NCBI GenBank assembly: GCA_963704115.1
Contig: CAVPGY010000001.1
Location: 459,062 to 523,061 of the forward strand
Origin: an uncultured Chloroflexia bacterium
GTDB lineage: Bacteria > Chloroflexota > Limnocylindria > QHBO01
Length of the DNA stretch: 64,000 nt
Reading direction: 5' to 3'
The translations under genes and the position numbers were made by a program. Within the stretch, counting starts at the first letter, position 1. Each line of letters starts with the position of its first letter. Below the pieces are notes generated by a model. The model was not told where the DNA came from. It saw only the letters and a list, made by a program, of their open reading frames with translations, and did no database searches. Below, in pieces: positions 9,796 through 18,649 of this stretch.

Positions 9796-12223
9796 TCAGC
9801 GGGTCGGGCGCTCCCGGTCGCTCATCTCGAGGATGTCGAGCATCGGCAGGTCGCGCTGGTACTCGCTGAACTCGAACTCGGGTCCGCAGCGCAGCGCGTC
9901 GTACGGGCAGGCATCGGCGCAGATGCCGCAGAAGATGCAGCGGGACACGTCGAGCTGGTACGTCTCCAGGATGCGCGGCCGCGGCATGAGCGCGCCGACC
10001 GGGCAGGTCTCGGCGCATCGGCCGCAGGAGACGCACGGCGTCTCGTTGAGGGACACGAAGTCGGCGGTGGTGACGAGCGAGTCGAAGCCCTTGCCGATGA
10101 AGTCGTAGCAGCCGGCGCCGACGATCTCCTTGCACACCTGGGCGCACCGGCCGCAGTCGATGCAGCGGGAGTAGTCGCGCAGGATGAAGGAGTGCGTCTC
10201 GTCGCGGCCGTAGCCGTGGTTGACGCCGACGTACGGGTTGTCCTGGATCGAGCGCTCGTCGATCGCCATGTTCAGCGTCGTCTCGTACTCGATCGCCGCC
10301 TCGCGCAGGTCGCAGTGGCCGATCGCCTCGCAGGTGCACTGCAGGCAGCGCGACGCCTCGGCCATGGCCTGGTCGCCGGTGTAGCCGAACTCGTACTCGT
10401 TGAAGTTGTCCGACCGCCCCTCCGGGCCGAGCTTGCCCATGATCGCGCGCGGCTCCTTCACGTCGTCGGTGAAGGGCACGATGGTCAGGAAGTTCGGCTG
10501 CGGCTCGGTGACGATGCGGCGCACCTGCGGGTCGTCGAGGTCGTGCCCGCGCAGCCAGTAGTCGATGGCGTAGCTGGCGCGCCGGCCCTCGCCGATGGCC
10601 TCGACCACTGTCGCGGCGCCGGTCCGGACGTCGCCCGAGGCGAACACCTTCGGGACGTCGGTGCGGAAGATGTGCTCCTCGGCCACCAGGGTGCCGCGCC
10701 GGCTGATCTCGAGCTTCGAGCGGATCTCCTCCGGCTCGGCCTCGACCCAGGAGAGGTCCGGCCCCTGGCCGATGGCGCCCAGGACGGTGTCGCACTCGAC
10801 GATGAACTCGGTCCCGGGCATCGGCTCCGGGCGGCGGCGACCCTGCGCATCGGGCTCGCCGAGCTTCATGCGCTGGAACTCGACGCCGGTGACCTTGTTG
10901 TTGTCGTCGGTGACGATGCGGGTCGGTGCGGCCTGGAAGATGACGCGCGCGCCCTCCTCGATCGCCTCGTGGACCTCGTCGGCGGCCGGCATGTCCTTCA
11001 GGTCGCGGCGGTAGACCAGGGTGACCTCGGCCGAGCCCTGGCGGACGGAGGTGCGGGTGCAGTCGATGGCGGTGAAGCCGCCGCCGATGACGACCACCTT
11101 CGCGCCCTTCAGGCGCGGGATCGGGATGCCGCGCGTCGAGTTGTAGAGGTTCTCGAGCGCGTTCACCACGCCGTCGGCATCCTCGCCCGGGATGCCGAGC
11201 TCGTTCGGCTTGTAGCAGCCGATGCCGACGTAGACGGCGTCGTAGCCGTCGTCCAGGAGATCGGCGATGTGGAAGTCGCGCCCCAGCCGCATGTTCGGCT
11301 TGAGGGTCGCCCCGAGCTCCCAGACGTGGTTGAGCTCGCGGTCCATCCACGACTTCGGGCAGGCGGTACTGCGGGATGCCGTAGCGGAGCATGCCGCCCT
11401 GCTCCGGCTCCGCCTCGAACACGTCGCACTGGTGGCCGCGCAGCTGAAGGTAGTACGCGGCGGCCATGCCGGCCGGGCCGGCGCCGATGACCGCGACCCG
11501 TCGCCCGGTGGCGGGCTCCTTCGGCCACGGGATCGGGGCGGGGGCATCGACCTCGAGCACGCGGTCCGCGCAGTAGCGGTGCGAGTCGCGGATCGCGATG
11601 GCGGTGTCCACCTCCTCGCGCCGGCAGTGCGTCTCGCACGGAGCGGGACAGACGCGGCCGAGGATGGCGGGGAACGGGAGCGAGCGCTTGAGGATGCGCG
11701 TCGCCTCCTCCCAGTTGCCCAGCGTGTTCTGCTTCAGGTAGCCCGGGATGTCGACGCGGGTCGGGCATTTGAACTGGCACGGGGGCAGGCAGTAGGCGTC
11801 GTGGTCGCTGAAGATGAGCTCGAGCACCATGCGCCGGTTCTCGATGACGCGATCGGAGTGGGTGGTGATGACCATCCCCTCCTCGATCGCGGTGCCGCAC
11901 GAGATCGGGGTGTCGTCGCGCCCCTCGACCTCGACCGCGCAGATGCGGCAGGCGCCGTACGGGGCCAGCTTCGGTTCGTAGCAGAGCGTCGGGACGTCGA
12001 TGCCCAGCACCCGGCAGGCCTGGAGGATGGTCTGGCCCTCCTCGGCCTCGACCTGCGTCCCGTTGATGGTGACGCTGATCGTGCGGGTGCCCGGCACCAT
12101 CGGCCACAGCGGCGTGTAGTCGGCGACGTGGTCGTTCTTGCCGTACGTCCCGTTCCCGGCGTTGCTCGCGCCGTTGCCGTTGCCGTTGCCGGCCGCGTGG
12201 CCGTTCGTCGTTCCGAAGCCCAT
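9796..12223 (-). CDS. nuoG: NuoG-like Fe-S subunit chimera: [2Fe-2S] domain, GltD-type FAD/NAD(P)H oxidoreductase domain, further Fe-S motifs, C-terminal half of NuoI (one frame break)
   Basis: ATG at 12223 with an AGGA RBS. N-terminal [2Fe-2S] region: TLCYEPKLAPYGACRICAVEVEG..ISCG. Then LELIFSDHDAYCLPPCQFKCPTRVDIPGYL...GRVCPAPCETHC and VAVIGAGPAGMAAAYYL...GGMLRYGIPQYRLP, both GltD-like. Removing one G at 11357-11359 continues into ORF 9796..11547 (KVVVIGGGFTAIDC, FASGDVRTGAATVVEAIGEGR). Downstream motifs are RCLQCTCEAIGHCDL, RCIDCGRCAQVC and PCVSCGRCAETCPVGAL. The tail is NuoI-like: YQLDVSRCIFCGICADACPYDALRCGPEFEFSEYQRDL. No molybdopterin-like domain. Confidence 0.8.
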
Positions 12224-12229
12224 CGGTTC

Positions 12230-13607
12230 CTACTCTAACGGGGTCGTCGCCGGCTGCCGGATCGAGCCCGGCCAGCGGCTGGAGGAGGGGGGCGACCTCG
12301 CTCACCCGGCACGCGCCGGCCAGGCAGACGCCCCGTTCGGCGTGCGCGCGGTACTCGTCGCCGAAGCGGTCGAGCGTGGTGAGGATCGGTCCGGGAGCCA
12401 GCCGCTCCAGCTTGCAGAGCGCCGTGTCGCTCATCTTGGCGGACAGCTCGCGGAGCAGTGTCGGGTCGTTGGGGCGCGGGGTGGCGGCCAGGATGCGGTC
12501 CATCGTCTCGACCAGCCGCTTCGTGCCGATGCGGCACGGCACCGCCTTGCCGCACGCCTCGCGGGCGCTGAAGTCGATGAAGAAGCGGGCCGTGTCGACC
12601 ATGCAGGTCTGGCTGTCGGTCACCAGCACCGATCCGGAGCCGACGATCGCGCCCTCGGCCTCGAGCGTCTCGTAGTCGTACGGAATCGTCAGCGAGCCGG
12701 CGTCGATCGCGCCGCCGCCCGGGCCGCCGATGAAGAGCGCCTTGGTGGCGCCGGTCCCACCGCCCGCCATGGTCAGCAGTTCGATGAGCGGCGTGCCGAA
12801 CGGCACCTCCACCAGCCCGGGTTCGGCGACCCGACCCATCACGGTGACGAGCTTCGTGCCACGCGCCGACTCGCTGCCGACCGAGGCGAAGGCGTCGGCG
12901 GAGTGGGCGATGATCCAGGCCGCGTGCGCCAGGGTCTCGGCGTTCTGCACCACGGTCGGCGCGCCGTCGAGGCCGTGCGTGGCAGGGAACGGCGGACGGA
13001 TGGCCGGCATGCCGCGGTCGCCGGCAAGCGCGTTGATGAGCGCTGTCTCCTCGCCGGCCACGTACGCGCCGGAGCCTTCCCACACCGACAGCTGGATGCT
13101 CACGTCGGTCCCGAGCACGAGGTAGCCGGCCAGGTGCGCCTCGGTCGCCTCGCGCGCCGCGGCGCGGAGACGCTCGATCGCGACCGTCCAGTCGCGGCGG
13201 ACCGCGACGATCGCCTCGGATGCGCCCGTGGCGTACGCCGCGATGAGCAGCCCCTCGACGACGAGGTGCGGGTTGCCCTCGGCCAGGGCGCGGTCACCGA
13301 GCGCGCTGGGGTCCGCGGCCATCAGGTTGGCCACCACGATCCTGCGGTCGGCCTCGGTGTCGCGCGCGGCGCGCCACTTGGCGGCGGTCGGATATCCGGA
13401 ACCGCCGCGACCCCGCAGCCCCGCGGCCTCGATCTCGAGGATCACCTCCTCCGGGGCGAGCTTCGTCACCGCCCGCTCGAGCGCGGCGTAGCCGGAATGG
13501 TCGCGGTAGCTGGCCAGGCTGGTCGGGTCGACGCGGCCGATGTCGGTCAGCAGCCGCGGCTCGCCGGAGGGCAGGATTCGGATCTGCGGGGAGATGGTGC
13601 TCGTCAT
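12230..13607 (-). CDS. nuoF: NuoF-like subunit (divergent cofactor motifs; 3' end uncertain)
   Basis: The ATG at 13607 overlaps a TGA (ATGA). Motifs present: MTSTISPQ..., GLRGRGGSGYPTAAKW, GSGAYVAGEETALINAL, RPPFPATHGLDGAPTVVQNAETLA, ACGKAVPCRIG, ALCKLERLA. As given the frame has no stop. Removing one C from the C6 run near 12285 ends it at TAG 12230-12232, 6 nt before the next ATG. Confidence 0.8.
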
Positions 13608-14466
13608 CGGCCGGCGGTCCCCGACGCCCCGGCGCTTGCGACGCCTTGCTCGTGCGGCTCGCGCGACGGCGCTCCTCGACGACGTGGAGCGCCTTGTCGG
13701 CGTCGACCGGCCCGTAGACCAGCGTGTCGATGCGAATGGCCGGGCTGATCGCGCCGGCCCCGACATCGGGCCGCGTCTCGAGGCTGAAGGTGCCATCGGG
13801 CGTGGTCTCGCCCGCCCGGATGCCGAGCTCCGACTCGATGGCGCGAAGCACGGCGTCCCCGCCGCTGAAGCGGCACGAGGCACAGTCGCACACGGTGATG
13901 AGGTGCCCGGTCGCCGGGAGCAGGCGGAAGCCGCCGAGGCCCGCCGCGCCGAACACCTGGGCCCAGTGGATCGTCATCCGGTCGCTGATGCGTCGCAGCG
14001 CGCGCTCGGGCAGGTAGCCGTACCGCTCCTGGACGGCGCCGAAGATGGCGACGAGTGCCTCGGCACGTCCGCCGAAGCCGTCGACGATCTCGTCCACGGC
14101 CGGGGTGTCGATCTCCTCGTCCCAGCGCGCGGGGTTGCGCATCGGACGGGCGGCCAGCCCGGCGCGACGGTAGGCGTTGGGGTCACGCCGCTCGTCGTAG
14201 ATCTCCGGCATGCCGTAGCGGATCCGGTTGCCCTCCGAGTCGAAGCCGCTCATGTCGATCGCCTCCACCGGGCAGACCTGGGCGCACTGGAAGCAGACCT
14301 CGCACTTGTGCTCGCCGAACGGGTCGTAGATCAGGTCGAGCCGACCGCGCCAGCGGTCGGGGATCGGCGGCCGCTCCTCGGGGTACTGGCGCGTCACCTT
14401 CGGCGCGAAGAAGTTCTTGAAGGTCGTCGCCATGCCCTTGGCGATGCCGAGCCCGGGGAAGGTCAT
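13604..14466 (-). CDS. nuoE: fusion of the N-terminal half of NuoI (one 4Fe-4S motif) with a NuoE-like thioredoxin-fold domain
   Basis: ATG at 14466 with a GAGGA RBS after the nuoH stop. NuoI-like start: GIAKGMATTFKNFFAPKVTRQYPEERPPIPDRWRGR...KCEVCFQCAQVCPVEAI...RIRYGMPEIY. The same frame then runs into NuoE-like sequence: ALVAIFGAVQERYGYLPERALRRIS...HLITVCDCASCRFSGG...TTPDGTFSLE...SPAIRID. As given there is no stop before 13294. Removing one G from the G4 run near 13630 ends it at TGA 13604-13606, overlapping the nuoF ATG. Confidence 0.8.
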
Positions 14467-14482
14467 CGGTGCATCCTCACGA

Positions 14483-15495
14483 TCACAGGTCGAACACCAC
14501 GACCGCGATGGCGGTGACGAACAGGTTGACGAGGGCGAGCGGCAGCAGGACCTTCCAGGCCATGTTCATGAGCTGGTCGACGCGGACGCGCGGGAGCGTG
14601 CCGCGCAGCCAGACGGCGACCGCCACGAAGATGTAGGTCTTGAGGAAGAACCAGAACGTGCCGTACAGGGTCCCGGCGAAGCCCTCGAGCTGCGCGGGGA
14701 ACGGCCACGGCGCCAGGAAGCCGCCGAAGAAGAGCGTGATGAGGATGCCGCTCATGATGAAGAGCGCGACGTACTCGGCGAAGAAGAAGAAGCCGAAGCG
14801 CATGCCCGAGTACTCGGTGAACGGACCGGCCACGAGCTCGCGAGTCGGCCTCGACCATGTCGAACGGCGTGCGGTTGATCTCCGCCAGGCTGGCGATGTA
14901 GAAGATGCCGAGCGCCGATCGGCTGCCAGACGAACAGCCAGCCGTTCTCGCGCTGCCAGGCGATCAGGTCGCTGAAGCTCAGCGTGCCGGCCAGCACCAC
15001 CGCGCCCACGATCGAGAGCGTGAGCGGGATCTCGTAGCTGACCATCTGGGCCGCGGCGCGAAGGCCGCCGAGCAGCGAGTACTTGTTGTAGCTCGCCCAG
15101 CCGGCCACCAGCAGCCCGACCACCGACAGGCCCAGGACGGCGAAGAAGTAGACGATGCCGATGTTGAAGTCGGCGGCGATGGCGCCGGGCGCGAAGGGGA
15201 TGACGAGCATGCTCATCGCCGCCGCCATGTAGACCATCCACGGGGCGAGGGTGAACGTCGCGGTCGGCCTGGTCGGGGATGGTGTCCTCCTTGGCGAGGA
15301 CCTTGAAGCCGTGGATCGTCGCTCTGGAACATGCCGCTTGGGCCCGACGCGGTTCGGACCCGAAGCGCAGGTGATCCGCGCGATCAGCTTCATCTCCATC
15401 TGGATGATGATGAACGCGGTCGGCACCGTCAGCAGCAGCAGCAGCGTGGTCGCCAGGACGAATCGGCCGATGCCGAGGAGCAGCTCGAAGTCCAT
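14483..15495 (-). CDS. nuoH: NADH-quinone oxidoreductase subunit H (at least five frame breaks)
   Basis: Pieces lie in three frames. They are MDFELLLGIGRFVLA...SGPNRVGP, GMFQS, IHGFKVLAKEDTIPDQADR, TFTLAPWMVYM...SYNKYSLLGGLRAAAQMVSYEIPL, INRTPFDMVEA and ELVAGPFTEYSGMRFGFFFFAEYV...LPRVRVDQLMNMAWKVLLP. Together they make a complete NuoH. Confidence 0.85.
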
Positions 15496-15498
15496 CGG

Positions 15499-16787
15499 CT
15501 ACTTGTCCACGCCGCCCATGACCGGGTCGAAGCTCGCCATGACCGCCATCGTATCGGCGACCAGGCGGCCCGGCATGAGCTTCGGGATCGCCTGCAGGCT
15601 GATGAAGCTGGGGTCGCGCATCCGGAACCGATACGGGTTCGGGCCGCCGTCGCTGATGGCGTAGACGCTGTAGAGGCCGCGCGGCGACTCGACCGCGCCG
15701 TAGGCGCGTCCGGGCTTCGGCCGGATGATGCCCGGCACCTGGGCCTGGACCGGGCCGTGGGGCATCTTGTCGATGATCTGGTCGATCAGGTGGATGCTCT
15801 GCTTGATCTCGGCGATGCGCTGCAGGTAGCGGGAGTACGAGTCGCCGCCGGGCTGGGTGATCACGTCGAACTCGAGCTCGTCGTAGATCGAGTACGGATG
15901 GGCCTTGCGCACGTCGAACGGCACGCCGGACGCCCGCAGGTTCGGACCGGACACGCCGAGCCGATGGCGCCTGCGCCCGGTGAGCACGCCCATGCCCAGG
16001 GTGCGGCCGCGGAAGATCTCGTTCTCGGTGATCATCGCCTCGTTCATCTCGATGTTGTCGAGCACGTGCGCGCGCCACGTCCCGAGGCGGCTGAGGAACT
16101 CGTCGTTCGTGTCGAAGTTCACGCCACCGACGCGGAAGAAGTTGAAGAGCATGCGCTGGCCGCTGATCGCCGAGAGCATGTCGACGACCTCGTCGCGATT
16201 GATGAAGGCGTAGAGGATCGGGGTCAGGCCGCCGATGTCGAGCGCCAGGAAGCCCATCATCAGGCCGTGGCTGAAGATCCGGTTCAGCTCCACCACCAGC
16301 GCGCGGATGTACTCGGCCCGCGGCGGCGCCTTGATGCCGTACAGCTTCTCGAACGCGATCGCCGGCGCGTGCTCGTTGTGCATCGTCGACAGGTAGTCCA
16401 TCGGGTCGACGTAGGTGAGCACCGTGGTGTACGTCGCGTTCTCGCACAGCTTCTCGATGCCGCGGTGCAGGTAGCCGAGCACCGGGTCGACGTCGACCAC
16501 GATCTCGCCGCGCACCTTGACCACGATCCGCATCACGCCGTGGGTCGACGGGTGCTGCGGCCCCATGTTGACGAGCATCTCGCCCTCTTCGAGGGCTGTA
16601 GACCTCGCGCTCGCGCTCCGTCTGCGGCGGACGATCGGGGATGCCGACGGTGTCGAAGCCGGCGTACTCGCACCGCCGGCTCGGCGAGCCGGGACCCACG
16701 CCGGCGGCCGCACGCAGACGCTCCTCCTCGGCGCCGATCGAGCTCGATCGGGTCGGGGATGCGGGTCTCGGGATCGATCTTCGTCAT
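15499..16787 (-). CDS. nuoD: NADH-quinone oxidoreductase subunit D (N-terminal frame breaks)
   Basis: ORF 15499..16713 has MLVNMGPQHPSTHGVMR...GYLHRGIEKL...ESPRGLYSVY...DPVMGGVDK. The N-terminal part sits in other frames (EREREVYSP; [16 protein letters not shown]). The ATG at 16787 overlaps the nuoC stop (ATGA). Confidence 0.85.
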
Positions 16788-17428
16788 CGCGGTCGGCTCG
16801 TGGAGGCCGGCGTCGTCTCGCCGCTCTCGGTGGTGTCGAGGCGGGCTCGGGGGTAGGCCGACGCGGAGGAGCGCGCAGCTCGTCCTTGAAGCGGGCGAGG
16901 TCCCAGGTCTCGGGACGCTCGAGCGGGTTGACGCCCGCGGCCGCGGTAGTCGGCCGCGTCGTCCGGCAGGACGAAGTCCCTGCGCTGCGGGAAGGAGCGA
17001 TAGTCGGGCGACATGTAGATGCGGCGCAGGTCGCGGTTGCCCTCGAAGACGATGCCCATCATGTCGTACATCTCGCGCTCGTGGAACATCGCGCCCTCCC
17101 ACAGGCGCGGTGATCGGTCGGGATGCGCGGGTCACGGCTCGATCGACGCGGGCGCGAACGCGGACCCAGGCGGGATGCTTCCAGCTGAACAGGTGGTAGA
17201 CGACCTCGAAGTGGGCATCGGACCCGTAGTCGACGGCGGCCGCATCGGCCAGGAAGAAGAAGTCGAGGTCAGGGTCGTCGCGCAGCGTGGCGCAGCACGT
17301 CGACGTTCCGCGCAGCGTCGACCTGGAACTCGACGGTGTCCTCGTCGGTCCACAGGCTCGCGCACGGCGTCGCCGAGCCGCTCGTGCAGGAGGCGGACGA
17401 GCGCGCCGGCGGTGGCGGGCGCGCTCAG
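16784..17428 (-). CDS. nuoC: NADH-quinone oxidoreductase subunit C (several frame breaks, start uncertain)
   Basis: Fragments are [72 protein letters not shown] and [24 protein letters not shown]. The only nearby start-like codon is a CTG at 17428. It overlaps the nuoB stop (CTGA) and follows AGGAGA. Confidence 0.7.
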
Positions 17429-18127
17429 CGGACGTCTCCTTCCCAGCTCGTGCGCTGCGGGCCTCGATCGACGTAGGTCCGCCACTGGCCGCGGCGCTGC
17501 TTGACGAGCTCGTGGAGCTTCATCATCCCGTAGATCAGGCCCTCCGGGCGCGGGCGGGCAGCCCGGGACGTAGACGTCGACCGGCATGACGCGATCGACG
17601 CCCTGCACGACGGAGTACGAGCGCTTGAAGCGGCCGCCGGAGGTCGTGCAGGTGCCCATCGCCACGCACCACTTCGGCTCGGGCATCTGCTCCCAGAGGC
17701 GGACGAGCGGCCCGGCCATCTTCGTCGTCAGCGTGCCCGGCCACGATCAGCACGTCCGCCTGGCGCGGGCGAGGCGCGGAAGGGGAACATGCCGAAACGG
17801 TCGATGTCGTTGACGCTCGTCGCGGTGCTCATCATCTCGATGGCGCAGCAGCTGAGGCCCGAGAGCAGGGGCCACAGCGAGTTGGCGCGGATGAGGTCGA
17901 GGATGTAGTCGGCCTTGGTCGGGATGACCTCGAGCAGGCCGTGGAAGCCACCCTGGGGGTGCTCCTCCATCTGGAAACGGCGGAGCAGCTCGTCGCCACC
18001 GGCCGCGTCCGGGATGATGATCGGTCCGCCTGCTCGGGGCGCGAGGGCGCGGCTTCGTCGAAGCCGCCGCAGCCGTCTTCGCCGCGGGCTTAGCGCGGGT
18101 CGCCGTTCGCTTCTTCGACTTGTCCAC
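17425..18127 (-). CDS. nuoB: NADH-quinone oxidoreductase subunit B (frame breaks; Lys/Ala/Pro-rich N-terminal extension)
   Basis: GTG at 18127 ([28 protein letters not shown]...). Core: [40 protein letters not shown], then LIVAG...[24 protein letters not shown]...[10 protein letters not shown]. Removing one G at 17552-17554 gives [16 protein letters not shown]... and the TGA at 17425-17427. Confidence 0.8.
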
Positions 18128-18481
18128 TGCCGCAGGTCACCCTTCTTCCACGCGTAGAACTCACCGAACATCAGGATCGCAAGGAAGATGCCGATGAGCA
18201 CGATCCCCTGGAACTCGATGCGCGCGCACCGTGATGGCCCACAGGTAGACGAAGATGATCTCGACGTCGAAGGCCACGAAGAGCAGGGCGTAGAGGTAGA
18301 AGGCCAGGCCGAAGCGGCTCCACGTGTCGCCGATGGTGTCGATCCCGCACTCGTAGGGCAGGCCCTTCTGCGGGCGCCGTCGCCGATGCGTGATGAGCCA
18401 GCTGAACAGGATCGTGCCGAAGACGAAGAGCGTCGCGGCGAAGGCGAATCCGATGACGTAGAGCAGGCCGGTCTGATCCAT
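18090..18481 (-). CDS. nuoA: NADH-quinone oxidoreductase subunit A (one frame break; 3' end uncertain)
   Basis: ATG at 18481, 8 nt after GGAG. Sequence: [30 protein letters not shown]...[10 protein letters not shown]...[20 protein letters not shown]. After a frame switch near 18225 it continues [29 protein letters not shown]. No in-frame stop as given. The TAA at 18090-18092 is reached only after a further one-base correction. Confidence 0.75.
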
Positions 18482-18649
18482 CTGGAACTCCGGTTGCACG
18501 CGCGGTGTGCGTGGTGTCGGGCCGAGGCCCAACGCGTTCGTGTCGTGTCAGTGCTTCGAGGCGTGTCCCGTGTCGACTGCCTCGATCACAGTCTAGCAGG
18601 GGCATCCGGAGCGTTGCGGAGGGTGCGCCGTCGGTGTGGCCCGGCGCCG

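Noticed and set aside
9538-11490. Large ORFs antisense to or out of frame with the nuo genes. Examples are 9538..11490 +, 15331..17199 +, 12138..13748 +, 3450..4787 +, 4480..5955 +, 7862..9238 - and 11163..13883 - beyond nuoF.
   Set aside because: They have Arg/Ala/Gly/Asp/His-rich low-complexity translations with no recognisable motifs. Each is opposite to, or offset from, strongly conserved genes. Such ORFs are expected by chance at ~70% GC.
2765-17554. Programmed +1 ribosomal frameshifting or quadruplet decoding at CCC-G. Several breaks (2765, 5867, 11357, 17552, 21921) have an in-phase CCC Pro codon followed by G, and skipping one base restores the protein.
   Set aside because: Other breaks do not fit. 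darA has an in-phase GGG followed by C, which is the same CCCG context but on the other strand. nuoA breaks in a GCGCGC run. nuoM and the response regulator need a -1 or missing base. The common factor is a strand-symmetric CCCG/CGGG homopolymer context. That points to sequencing error, although the in-phase bias of the five sites is worth a quick check against reads.
17728-18201. In-frame NuoA-NuoB fusion, as the given sequence reads through from the NuoA C-terminus into the NuoB core.
   Set aside because: The connecting peptide ([28 protein letters not shown]) looks like an out-of-frame translation. The alternative frame has a stop, then a GTG at 18127, and a plausible Lys/Ala/Pro-rich NuoB N-terminus. 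That frame rejoins the NuoB core after a one-base correction in a C4 run.
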